Shown here one piece after another: positions 9,043 through 17,565 of a DNA stretch of 32,000 bases. Source of the stretch: Gammaproteobacteria bacterium (GTDB lineage: Bacteria; Pseudomonadota; Gammaproteobacteria; JBIOEC01); NCBI GenBank assembly GCA_965279305.1, contig OZ257143.1:1740001-1772000 (forward strand), read 5' to 3'. The notes under the pieces are model-generated. The model was given only the letters and a program-made list of their open reading frames with translations. It ran no database searches and was not told the DNA's origin. Positions within the stretch are counted from its first letter, which is position 1. Each line of letters starts with the position of its first letter. The position numbers and the translations under genes are program-made.

Positions 9043-9588
9043 CTATTTAATAGAAGAAACTAAATAATCTATATATACGATTATAAGGCCAACAACAGCA
9101 GTGGAAAACGATAAACTGATCCCCACCATCCATTTTATGAGGCTGCCTTCCAAGCCATAAAGTTTACCTTCAAATTTTTGATCCATCACTGCAAACTTTT
9201 GATTCATCACTTCAAACTTTTGATCTATTACACCAAATTTCATATCGAACTTATGATCCAACATATCAATTTTATGATCCAATGCGTCAAATTTCATATC
9301 AATTTTGTGATCCAATGCATCACATCTCATATCAATTTTGTGATCCAATGCAACTACTTTTTGCTCCAAACTACCCACTCGTTCTTCTACACCCTCTAAT
9401 CGATCTTCCAATTTTGAAAATTGTTTATCAAAAGCATGTATATCCACTCTAATATCATCTACCGTTGCTGTGTACATTTCTGAAAAAGCCTCCGATAAAC
9501 CTTCAGCTTGGTTTTCTGCGAACCCATGTTGCTTAAGGTGCTGAGTAATTTTTAAACTATCAAACGTATGCGCGTGTTGTGCTTTCAT
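9043..9588 (-). CDS. DUF1640-like coiled-coil protein with a C-terminal TM anchor and 11-residue repeats
   Basis: The N-terminus FDSLKITQHLKQHGFAENQAEGLSEAF resembles the DUF1640/CCDC90 family opening. Central repeats are LDHKIDMRCDA/LDHKIDMKFDA/LDHKIDM/LDHKFDMKFGV/IDQKFEVMNQKFAVMDQKFEGK. The C-terminal TM is WMVGISLSFSTAVVGLIIVYIDYLV. Confidence 0.75.
   Translation of the reverse strand: MKAQHAHTFDSLKITQHLKQHGFAENQAEGLSEAFSEMYTATVDDIRVDIHAFDKQFSKLEDRLEGVEERVGSLEQKVVALDHKIDMRCDALDHKIDMKFDALDHKIDMLDHKFDMKFGVIDQKFEVMNQKFAVMDQKFEGKLYGLEGSLIKWMVGISLSFSTAVVGLIIVYIDYLVSSIK
9169..9348 (-). repeat. imperfect ~33-bp (11-codon) tandem repeats inside the DUF1640-like CDS
   Basis: Repeated DNA such as catatcaattttgtgatccaatgc occurs twice within 9296-9352, with diverged copies from 9170 onward. 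These encode the (L/I)D(H/Q)K(I/F)(D/E)M hendecads. Confidence 0.6.
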
Positions 9589-9657
9589 GACTAAACTCCT
9601 TTTAAATCTTTTCTATGGAGTCTATCAGCCGGTTTTTATTAAGTCAATATTAATATT

Positions 9658-9677
9658 TGTCCTTCTTAAAAAGGACA
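9658..9677 (-). terminator. weak candidate terminator hairpin after queH
   Basis: tgtcctt-cttaaa-aaggaca (7-bp stem), 8 nt after the queH stop. On the minus strand it is followed by A/T-rich sequence rather than a clean T-run. Confidence 0.3.
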
Positions 9678-9684
9678 GTATTTG

Positions 9685-10347
9685 TTATTGATTTAGTGAT
9701 TTTTCTTGGTAATATTTCACGCCAATTTCAATTTTTTCGCGGCCGTTTTCTAAGCGCCAACGATTAGTATCACGCAAGGAATAAACACATCCACAATATT
9801 CTTGCTGATAAAATTGCTCTTGTTTAGAGATTTTAATCATACGTTCGCTACCGCCCATTCGGCGCCAATTGTAAGTCCAATAGGTAATTCCCGGATAATG
9901 TCCTGCTGCCCGAATACCGCAATCGTTAATTTGCTCCATATTTTTCCAACGAGAAATACCTAAAGAGCTGCAAATAATAGGAAAACCATTTTCATGCGCA
10001 TAAAGTGCCGTACGCTCAAATCGCATCTCAAAACACATGGTGCAACGAATGCCTCGCTCGGGTTCAAACTCCATGCCTTTGGCACGGGCAAACCATTCAT
10101 CACGGTCATAATCCGCATCAATAAAAGGAATATTGTGCTTTTCAGCAAACCGAATATTTTCATCTTTTCGAATTTCATATTCTTTTTTAGGATGAATATT
10201 CGGATTATAAAAGAAAATACTGAAATCAATGTCAGAGTAAAGCAATGCTTCCATCACTTCACCTGAGCAAGGCGCGCAACAAGAATGCAATAGCAACTTG
10301 CCACCTGGCTCTGGTAATATCAGTTTTTCTCTTATAGTTTCTTGCAT
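9685..10347 (-). CDS. queH: epoxyqueuosine reductase QueH (DUF208 family)
   Basis: 220 aa with the family Cys signature [11 protein letters not shown], plus [10 protein letters not shown] and [10 protein letters not shown]. The size is typical of QueH. Confidence 0.85.
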   Translation of the reverse strand: MQETIREKLILPEPGGKLLLHSCCAPCSGEVMEALLYSDIDFSIFFYNPNIHPKKEYEIRKDENIRFAEKHNIPFIDADYDRDEWFARAKGMEFEPERGIRCTMCFEMRFERTALYAHENGFPIICSSLGISRWKNMEQINDCGIRAAGHYPGITYWTYNWRRMGGSERMIKISKQEQFYQQEYCGCVYSLRDTNRWRLENGREKIEIGVKYYQEKSLNQ

Positions 10348-10351
10348 TTTA

Positions 10352-11356
10352 TTACACCAACAATCCTGAAACCGCTTCTCTTTCTTCTACTAATTCTTGA
10401 TAAGTAGCGTCCATCATTTTGCGGCTAAATTCATTTATTTCTAAACCTTGAACAATTTTATATTTCCCATCTTTACATTCGCAAGGGAAACCATAAATCA
10501 CACCTGGGGCAATACCATAGCTGCCATCACTAGGAACGGCCATACTTACCCAGCTATTTTCTTCAGTGCCTAAAGCCCAATCTCGCATATGATCAATCGC
10601 GGCATTAGCCGCACTTGCTGCACTCGATGCACCTCTAGCCGCAATCACTGCAGCACCACGTTTTTGAATAGTAGGAATAAAATCTTTTTCAATCCATTCT
10701 TCACTCACTTGGTTCGCTACCGGTTTTCCTGCCGCAAACGCGTGGAACACATCAGGATATTGAGTGCTAGAATGATTGCCCCAAATCGTAACATTCTTAA
10801 TATCTTTAATAGGGCAATTCAATTTTTTACTAATTTGAGCCATCGCACGGTTATGATCTAAACGTACCATTGCATGAATATTTTCTGCAGGTAGATCCGG
10901 TGCATGATGCTGAGCAATCAAGGCATTAGTATTCGCGGGATTTCCTACTACTAATACTTTCACGGTTTTTTTAGCAACTTCATTTAAAGCAGCTCCTTGT
11001 ACGCTAAAAATATTGGCATTTGCCGTTAATAAATCGCCACGTTCCATACCGGCTGAACGAGGTTTTGCACCCACTAATAACGCATAATCGCAATCTTTAA
11101 AAGCCACTTTAGGATCGTCGCTGATATGAATTTCTTTCAACAAAGGAAATGCGCAATCTTCCAACTCCATCACTACCCCTTCTAATACTTTCATCCCATG
11201 TGGAAGATCAAGCAAATGCAAAATAATAGGTTGATCAGCGCCCAACATAGCGCCTGAAGCAATACGAAAAACAATGCTATAGCCTATTTGGCCAGAGGCT
11301 CCGGTAACGGCTACATGGACTGGGGCATGAACGGGTGCTTTCATAGAATTGGACAT
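10352..11356 (-). CDS. mdh: malate dehydrogenase (NAD-dependent, LDH-like type)
   Basis: 334 aa with the Rossmann motif [13 protein letters not shown] and the catalytic region MVRLDHNRA / [18 protein letters not shown] lies upstream of the ATG. Confidence 0.93.
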   Translation of the reverse strand: MSNSMKAPVHAPVHVAVTGASGQIGYSIVFRIASGAMLGADQPIILHLLDLPHGMKVLEGVVMELEDCAFPLLKEIHISDDPKVAFKDCDYALLVGAKPRSAGMERGDLLTANANIFSVQGAALNEVAKKTVKVLVVGNPANTNALIAQHHAPDLPAENIHAMVRLDHNRAMAQISKKLNCPIKDIKNVTIWGNHSSTQYPDVFHAFAAGKPVANQVSEEWIEKDFIPTIQKRGAAVIAARGASSAASAANAAIDHMRDWALGTEENSWVSMAVPSDGSYGIAPGVIYGFPCECKDGKYKIVQGLEINEFSRKMMDATYQELVEEREAVSGLLV

Positions 11357-11438
11357 AGACGAGCGCTCCTTATATAACTAATGCTGATGAGAGGGTATTA
11401 TAAACGATGGTACTGCCTTTATACACTGTTTTAATGGC

Positions 11439-11801
11439 CTACTTTATCTCTAAGAGAGTCTTCTGTAGCACTTGAGAGGCCAATAAAGCGCAGCGGCTTT
11501 TAGGGGTAGGCACCGATATGCCAGCTTTAATCTGGCCTGGTGTAAGGCGACGCGCGTCTTCTACTGGCTTGCCTAATAGCTCACTGGCCATCCACGACAT
11601 GCAGGCAATAGTAGAAGGACAACCTTGTACTTGATACTTAATATCGTCGATTTTTCCTTGGGGTGATACTTGAATAAAAAGCTGTACTTTATCACCACCC
11701 GGAATAGCGGCTTCGGCTTTATATACATTCGGAGCGGCAGGCAACTGCCCTACTTGCCTAGGATGTCGAAAATGCTCTAACAACAAAGTACCGTACTTCA
11801 T
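11439..11801 (-). CDS. IscU/NifU N-terminal-domain-like Fe-S scaffold protein (divergent)
   Basis: Collinear with E. coli IscU: HFRHPRQVG / HYENPRNVG, QGCPSTIAC / YGCGSAIAS, SRCALLASQVL / IHCSILAEDAI. It has IPGGDKV where IscU has APACGDV. It starts 1 nt after the upstream desulfurase stop codon. Confidence 0.8.
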   Translation of the reverse strand: MKYGTLLLEHFRHPRQVGQLPAAPNVYKAEAAIPGGDKVQLFIQVSPQGKIDDIKYQVQGCPSTIACMSWMASELLGKPVEDARRLTPGQIKAGISVPTPKSRCALLASQVLQKTLLEIK

Positions 11802-11802
11802 A

Positions 11803-12963
11803 TTACTGATCCCAAGCTGAGCTCATCGCACGTAATCGTCCTAGTTGTTCACGCAATAATTCTATGGTTTTGGTAATTTCTTCTGTCGTAGTAAAACGCC
11901 CAAACGATAAACGTAAAGAGCTATGCGCTAATGCGGGTGACACACCCATCGCTAATAAAACATGAGAAGGCTCAATAGTTGCCGTGGTGCAAGCAGAGCT
12001 ACTGGATATCGCTAAATCAAGCTCTAATGAGAGTAATAAAGATTCGCCTTCTACTCCTTCGCAGCTGATATTAATAATACCAGGCACCGAATGTTGTTGA
12101 TCGCCATTAAAAATAATGCCAGGAATAGTTTCTAAACCTTTTATTAATTGCTGATGTAATGCCGTAATATGTTGCTGATCTTTTTCAAAGTCTGAAACTG
12201 CTATTTTAAATGCTTCACCCATTCCTACTATTTGGTGAGTCGCTAATGTGCCAGAGCGTAAACCTTGCTCTTGCCCACCACCATGAATTAAGGGTATTAA
12301 TTTTACGCGAGGTTGTTTGCGCACATATAATGCGCCAATACCTTTAGGACCATATACTTTATGTGCCGATAATGAAATTAAATCGACCGGAATTTCTTGC
12401 ACATTAATAGAAACTTTTCCAATGCTTTGCGCAGCATCCACATGAAATAATGCGCCATGACTTTTTACTACATCCGCAATGGCTTTAATATCTTGGATCA
12501 CGCCTGTTTCATTATTTACCTGCATGATAGAAACTAAAATAGTATCAGCACGCAAAGCACTTTTAAGATCGTTAATATCTAACAAGCCATTCGCTTGAGG
12601 TTTTAAATAGGTGATGTCAAAGCCTTCACGCGCTAAATGTTGGCAAGTGTCTAATACGGCTTTGTGCTCTGTTTGTAGAGTAATCAGATGTTTGCCGCGA
12701 GACTGGTTAAAATAAGCAGCGCCTTTAATGGCTAAATTATCTGATTCAGTTGCACCGGATGTCCAAATAATTTCTTTAGGATCAGCACCAATAGCATTGG
12801 CTACATATTTTCGAGCTTGTTCAATTTTTTCATTCGCTTTCCATCCTAGCTCATGCGCAGAAGCTGAATTGCCATACAGATCGGCAGCCTGTAATAGCTC
12901 ACACATAACAGCAGAAACGCGAGGATCTAGAGGTGTAGTGGCAGCATAATCGAGGTAAATCAT
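11803..12963 (-). CDS. iscS: cysteine desulfurase, IscS/NifS class I
   Basis: 386 aa. IYLDYAATTP, TSGATESDNLAIKGAA, the PLP-Lys motif SAHKVYGPKGIGALY and the active-site loop SSSSACTT are all collinear with E. coli IscS. It ends ~16-18 aa earlier than E. coli IscS. Confidence 0.92.
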   Translation of the reverse strand: MIYLDYAATTPLDPRVSAVMCELLQAADLYGNSASAHELGWKANEKIEQARKYVANAIGADPKEIIWTSGATESDNLAIKGAAYFNQSRGKHLITLQTEHKAVLDTCQHLAREGFDITYLKPQANGLLDINDLKSALRADTILVSIMQVNNETGVIQDIKAIADVVKSHGALFHVDAAQSIGKVSINVQEIPVDLISLSAHKVYGPKGIGALYVRKQPRVKLIPLIHGGGQEQGLRSGTLATHQIVGMGEAFKIAVSDFEKDQQHITALHQQLIKGLETIPGIIFNGDQQHSVPGIINISCEGVEGESLLLSLELDLAISSSSACTTATIEPSHVLLAMGVSPALAHSSLRLSFGRFTTTEEITKTIELLREQLGRLRAMSSAWDQ

Positions 12964-13033
12964 GGTAAAAACGGCTTAATATGAGTTAATACACGATAGC
13001 ATGATTTGATTCTTAGTTCAAGATTAAGAAGAT

Positions 13034-13088
13034 TCCCCCTCACCCGGCCACTATGTGACCGACCTCTCCCTCAAGGGAGAGGTGATTT
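13034..13088. repeat. short copy of the palindromic intergenic element
   Basis: ccccctcaccc...cctctccc-tcaag-ggagagg-tgattt. The terminal 26 nt match 1426-1452 apart from one missing G, and the element begins with the same cccctcaccc as the long copy. Confidence 0.55.
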
Positions 13089-13095
13089 AAGACGA

Positions 13096-14397
13096 TTACT
13101 GTTGGTTGCTGATAATTACATTGGCTTTAGTAATCGGAGGAGCATCAACGGGTTCAATAGTAATAGAACAAGTAGCTGCCTCAGGTATAGCAGAGGTACT
13201 ATTATTAACCGTAGCTAAATAGTATTTAATTTGGCCTGGGTCACCGCCGGTATTAAACTCAGAGGTGGTTGTACTGCCATTCACCGTACAAGTAACGGCA
13301 CCTGAACTGTTCAACTCCATTTTAACTTCAGGCTTAGCTTTCTCTGTTCCACCATCATCAATGGCGTATGTACCTTCCATTAAAAAGGCACCATTCTCTT
13401 GGGTAGACGTAAATTCTACTTTATGTTCACCTTGCGCTACTGAGGCAGGTAAGGTTTTTCCTGCCTCTACATTGTCATGTTTATGCCCACTATTTAAAGT
13501 CATCGTAGGCATGCCATCCGCGGAAGTGATAGTAAAGGAATTTGCAATACTTCCCACTGAAGCAACAGTCACACTACAACTCACATCGTTTGGCGTTCCT
13601 AAAGAACTTACTACAGTGGCACTATAATATTTACCATTTCCAGCATATACGGTTGCTTGATCAGATTTGCCGTTCACCGTACAAGTATTTAAATCAGCAC
13701 GTACATCCAGCTGATTGGTGCTGGCAGTTCCACCATCTTCAATTTTATAAGTACCTTGTAGTGAAAATGCACCCGTACCAACATCGGTGGCCGTAAATTG
13801 AGTACCTTTATCTTCGCCAGGCAATACGGTATCAGGGACAACCGTATTACAGTCTTCGTTAATGCCAGAGCACACAGGAGAGCTCTTTAAGCTAATACCA
13901 CCGGCTGGCATATTTTGTGATGACACAGTAATATTAAAATCGTTAGCGCCTTGTATTTTTTCAATAATTCTAATGGTACATTCAGCTGCATTATCTATAC
14001 CCATATTCACGCCAACAGCCGTGGCTTCATAATGGCCTCTTTGTGTATAAAACTCAGTCAGAGGAACACCATTAACTAAGCAAGCCTGAGCCGTTCTGTC
14101 CATGATGATATTGATATTATTGCTGCCGTCTGTAGTACCATCATCAATTGCATAGATGGCTTCAATTCTGTAATTATAATTTCTTTCCTCAGAAGGAAAA
14201 GCAAGAGGTGTAGTGGTTAATTTGGGGAAAACTTGAGGTAGTAATCCTGTGGGAACATAGGTTTCTTCCAGCACCTGCACTACTGCAAAATCACTATTCA
14301 TCTGTTCAAAGTCGATAATCAGCTGATTACTAGACTGTGCATTGGGGCCCGCAATTAAACCAGTAACAACAGCGATGGCCGAAATAGTTTTTTGCAT
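13096..14397 (-). CDS. secreted hypothetical protein with three repeated beta-rich modules, each with a conserved Cys pair
   Basis: Signal peptide MQKTISAIAVVTGLIAGPNAQS. The modules share (G/A)(T/I)Y(K/A)I(E/D)DG(G/T)T ... C(T/L)VNG ... (Y/H)Y(S/L/E)AT(V/A)V ... C(S/T)(V/I)T(V/I)/CTIRI. AGGA lies upstream of the ATG. Confidence 0.7.
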   Translation of the reverse strand: MQKTISAIAVVTGLIAGPNAQSSNQLIIDFEQMNSDFAVVQVLEETYVPTGLLPQVFPKLTTTPLAFPSEERNYNYRIEAIYAIDDGTTDGSNNINIIMDRTAQACLVNGVPLTEFYTQRGHYEATAVGVNMGIDNAAECTIRIIEKIQGANDFNITVSSQNMPAGGISLKSSPVCSGINEDCNTVVPDTVLPGEDKGTQFTATDVGTGAFSLQGTYKIEDGGTASTNQLDVRADLNTCTVNGKSDQATVYAGNGKYYSATVVSSLGTPNDVSCSVTVASVGSIANSFTITSADGMPTMTLNSGHKHDNVEAGKTLPASVAQGEHKVEFTSTQENGAFLMEGTYAIDDGGTEKAKPEVKMELNSSGAVTCTVNGSTTTSEFNTGGDPGQIKYYLATVNNSTSAIPEAATCSITIEPVDAPPITKANVIISNQQ

Positions 14398-14518
14398 ATG
14401 TTCCTCTTGCGACTTTTATTAATGACTGAATTAGAATACCACGGTATAAACATCAACCACAAACAAGTATTAGCTAAAAACCTGCTAAAAAAACTCTTTG
14501 ACATACTGCCAATAAACG

Positions 14519-15283
14519 CTAGCCCAGCAACTCATCAAAATAATAATGAAACCCTAAATAGGCTTGCTCTGTTTGAATATCACTAATATCCACAATTTCA
14601 CTAGCAACACTATTACCAGTATTAGTGCCTCTATCTTCAGTAAAATCATCATACATGGTCAAACGCCAACCGGCTTCAATAGACAACACTTTGGTCACTA
14701 AGAAATTTATACCAGCACCTACTCTTAAGCCCCATAAACTTCTATCTCCATATTCACCTAGAGCAATATTACCCCCGGAAAGCGGGTTAAGGCCTGAATT
14801 AGTTTCAATACTGCTCATTTGAGAATATACGCCACCAATTTCGCCATAAACAAGCAAGTTATTAGCAATAAAAAAACCAGGCTTTGCCGATATGATCACT
14901 GAGCTATCAAAATCCATATCCACGGAGGCCTTGGTAACGCCTCCAGGAATAGTTCCTTTAGACTCTGCATGTAGCGATTCTTTCTGGAATTCGCCGGCAA
15001 CTTCTAATGCAAAACTACCTAAACCTAAATTAAATGGAATTAACCACTGATATCCCGCATGCACTTGACCGCCTGCGCCTGACTCACTAATACCTTCATC
15101 TATATCAACAAACTGAGCACCGTTACTCGCTACAGAAGTATATTTCACCTGCTCCATTACATCGGTATAAAGCACACCCGCACCTGCATACCAACCTTCA
15201 CCGGCCATAGAAATAGAAGCGGCGCAAAAAGCAGCCATAAAAACCGAAAGGTAAATTGAAAAATGGTGACGAAGGGTTAACAT
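14519..15283 (-). CDS. outer-membrane beta-barrel protein (OMP_b-brl/OmpA-like barrel family)
   Basis: Signal peptide ...VFMAAFCAASISMA, then GWYAGAGVLYTD and alternating amphipathic strands rich in Gly and aromatics. A C-proximal beta-signal-like YLGFHYYF is present. AAGGAG lies 10 nt before ATG 15283, and the GTG at 15292 is too close to that SD. Confidence 0.75.
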   Translation of the reverse strand: MLTLRHHFSIYLSVFMAAFCAASISMAGEGWYAGAGVLYTDVMEQVKYTSVASNGAQFVDIDEGISESGAGGQVHAGYQWLIPFNLGLGSFALEVAGEFQKESLHAESKGTIPGGVTKASVDMDFDSSVIISAKPGFFIANNLLVYGEIGGVYSQMSSIETNSGLNPLSGGNIALGEYGDRSLWGLRVGAGINFLVTKVLSIEAGWRLTMYDDFTEDRGTNTGNSVASEIVDISDIQTEQAYLGFHYYFDELLG

Positions 15284-15397
15284 AAAACACACACTCCTTG
15301 TGCAATCAGCGATGTACTTATTTTGTGGAATATTCCCATAGAGGTTAGCATAATTTTATGAGAAGAACCAGTCGCGATCATCAGCAAAATCTAAGCT

Positions 15398-16195
15398 CTA
15401 AGGAGATGCGGGCATATTAAATGGCTCAGCTAACTGATAAATTCCTTGGCGAATTTGCATATCCGTGGTTTGCTGAAACGCTGTTTGTAATGCTTGATAT
15501 AATTGCTGTTGCGCACCTAGCGGTAGTGTGGCGGCGTATGTAGGCATTGTATGCTGTAAATTTTGAACTAAGCGCCATGCGAGTTGCGCGGGTAATTGAG
15601 GGATCGCTTGCACCCCCATAATCACCGGATTAATTAAAGCGGTTTGAATCACCGCAATGGCTTCTCGTTTTCTATTTGCATCAGGATCGCTGTTTTCCGC
15701 TTGGCCAGAATAATATTGCCATTCGGAAGTGCTTAGTGCTGCCAAGTAACTGCTTAGCGCGACCAAGTCTAACCACTCCGCATAATAAGGCGTTGCAGGA
15801 CTTAAGGCTTGTTGATAAATAGATAGCAAACGCTGAATGCCATCTAAGTACAACATAATTAATTCCAAACGCTGTTCATGAGAGGTACTAAAACGCAAAA
15901 TCTCATAAATATTACGACCATCAGCTAAATGAGCCATATACATGGCAGAGGTTTGATCCGAATAATGAGGAAGGTATTGCGGAGTTTGTTGGGCAATGGG
16001 CCCTAATAAAGAAGCGATTTGAATATAATCCGCCGGAGTCCAAAATTGATTAATAGCGGGGATCCCTAAGTCTCGATAATATTCCGCCGATATAGGTGGC
16101 GTAATCTCATTTGAAAATGAAATAACAGGGAAAAGTAAGAAAATACCCAATAAGGCAGAAAGCACCGTAGTCGACAGAGTGATGCGTCTTTGCAT
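15398..16195 (-). CDS. hypothetical exported, predominantly helical Gln/Leu/Ala-rich protein
   Basis: 265 aa with GGAGAG upstream and the signal-like N-terminus MQRRITLSTTVLSALLGIFLLFPVISFS. No recognisable motif. Confidence 0.65.
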   Translation of the reverse strand: MQRRITLSTTVLSALLGIFLLFPVISFSNEITPPISAEYYRDLGIPAINQFWTPADYIQIASLLGPIAQQTPQYLPHYSDQTSAMYMAHLADGRNIYEILRFSTSHEQRLELIMLYLDGIQRLLSIYQQALSPATPYYAEWLDLVALSSYLAALSTSEWQYYSGQAENSDPDANRKREAIAVIQTALINPVIMGVQAIPQLPAQLAWRLVQNLQHTMPTYAATLPLGAQQQLYQALQTAFQQTTDMQIRQGIYQLAEPFNMPASP

Positions 16196-16320
16196 TATCC
16201 GCTCTCCTCGCCAGGTAGGAATAAGATATCCACAAAAAAAGTGGTAAACATGTGGATAACTCGGTGTATAAACGGAGTTACTTAATAAAAAACAGGAGCT
16301 TAGCTCTCTTGTTCAAAAAC

Positions 16321-16398
<78 letters not shown>

Positions 16399-16471
16399 GA
16401 CTGTTCATATTATAAACGGATGCGTGTAGCAAAGAAACAGCTGCAGCTCTTAAAGCGTAATTAAAGAGTGA

Positions 16472-17167
16472 TTAAGCCTCTGATCCATCTTTGATCACCT
16501 TAGTCACTTTTTTGCTCTTTTTTTTACTAGCAGGTGCTGCTTTTTTCTTGGGCTTAGCTTTAACTGCCGGCTTCTTTTTCGCTTTAGCGGGTTTTGTAGT
16601 TTCCACTACCATAGCAGCAGGCACTGCTTTTTTACGTGCAGGGGCTTTTTTAGTTATTTTATTATCCCATGATGGTTTAGGCACATATTCTTTTTTCACG
16701 GTTGTTTTCATGGTGAAAAAACGCATGTTCAAATAAAAAGATATCCAAATTAAAAACACTTGCGTGATCAGCGAAAATATAAAAGCCGCCGCCAAAAATT
16801 CAATATAAATATGCTGTGGGAAATTTTCAGGTGGTGCTGGGGCAAATACTTCAAAAGCAACAAAAGAGAAAATATTAACGATGAGCGCCGAAAAAAGAAT
16901 TATTTTAAAATATTCGTTTTTCGAAAAAACTCGGTGATAGTTATCCTTAAAATGTTTAAGAACAATGGTCGCACTGACAAAACACATCACAATATTGGTA
17001 ATAAAACCAGTGATAACAGGAGGCGTATACCCTAAACTATCTTCTATAAAGATAATAGCAAAGGCTAATAAAGTACCACCTAAGGCAACCAAAAATGAAT
17101 ATAACAAAATATATTTGACTAAGACATCAGTTCTTGAAGTGCTGTTGGACGGAAACATTAGTTTCAT
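16472..17167 (-). CDS. four-TM membrane protein with a C-terminal histone-H1-like Lys/Ala/Pro-rich tail
   Basis: 231 aa with GAGGGA upstream. There are four hydrophobic helices in residues ~17-145. The tail reads KKAPARKKAVPAAMVVETTKPAKAKKKPAVKAKPKKKAAPASKKKSKKVTK. It starts 23 nt after the ihfA stop on the same strand. Confidence 0.75.
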   Translation of the reverse strand: MKLMFPSNSTSRTDVLVKYILLYSFLVALGGTLLAFAIIFIEDSLGYTPPVITGFITNIVMCFVSATIVLKHFKDNYHRVFSKNEYFKIILFSALIVNIFSFVAFEVFAPAPPENFPQHIYIEFLAAAFIFSLITQVFLIWISFYLNMRFFTMKTTVKKEYVPKPSWDNKITKKAPARKKAVPAAMVVETTKPAKAKKKPAVKAKPKKKAAPASKKKSKKVTKVIKDGSEA

Positions 17168-17190
17168 TTTAAGATCCCTCTTGTTAGTGC

Positions 17191-17532
17191 TTATTCTTCC
17201 TCTCCCGTATCTACTTCATCTGAATTTTCATCTACTTCCACTTTCCTTGAGTTTTCGACTTTAGACTTCAATTTTTGACCGGCATGGAATCCTACCACTT
17301 TACGAGCTGATATAGGGATCTCTTCGCCTGTTTTAGGATTGCGCCCTGGGCGTTGCTTTTTTTGTCTGACAAAAAAATTACCAAAACCAGACAGTTTTAC
17401 TTCTTCATCATGAGCCAAAGCATCGCGGATCTCTTCAAAAAAAGAATCCACAATTTCTTTTGCTTCGGTTTTACTCACATTCAGATCTGAAAAAAGACGA
17501 TCTGCAATATCTGCTTTAGTTAAAGCAACCAT
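17191..17532 (-). CDS. ihfA: integration host factor subunit alpha
   Basis: Collinear with E. coli IhfA ([11 protein letters not shown]..., [48 protein letters not shown]). It has an extra acidic tail, [16 protein letters not shown]. Confidence 0.93.
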   Translation of the reverse strand: MVALTKADIADRLFSDLNVSKTEAKEIVDSFFEEIRDALAHDEEVKLSGFGNFFVRQKKQRPGRNPKTGEEIPISARKVVGFHAGQKLKSKVENSRKVEVDENSDEVDTGEEE

Positions 17533-17565
17533 TCTAGCCTCATCTTATTTTGCTTATTTTCGAAC

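Noticed and set aside
13006-13218. 70-aa plus-strand ORF (..PLTRPLCDRPLPQGRGD..)
   Set aside because: It reads through the palindromic intergenic element and then runs antisense into the secreted-protein gene. This is typical of spurious ORFs generated by REP-like repeats.
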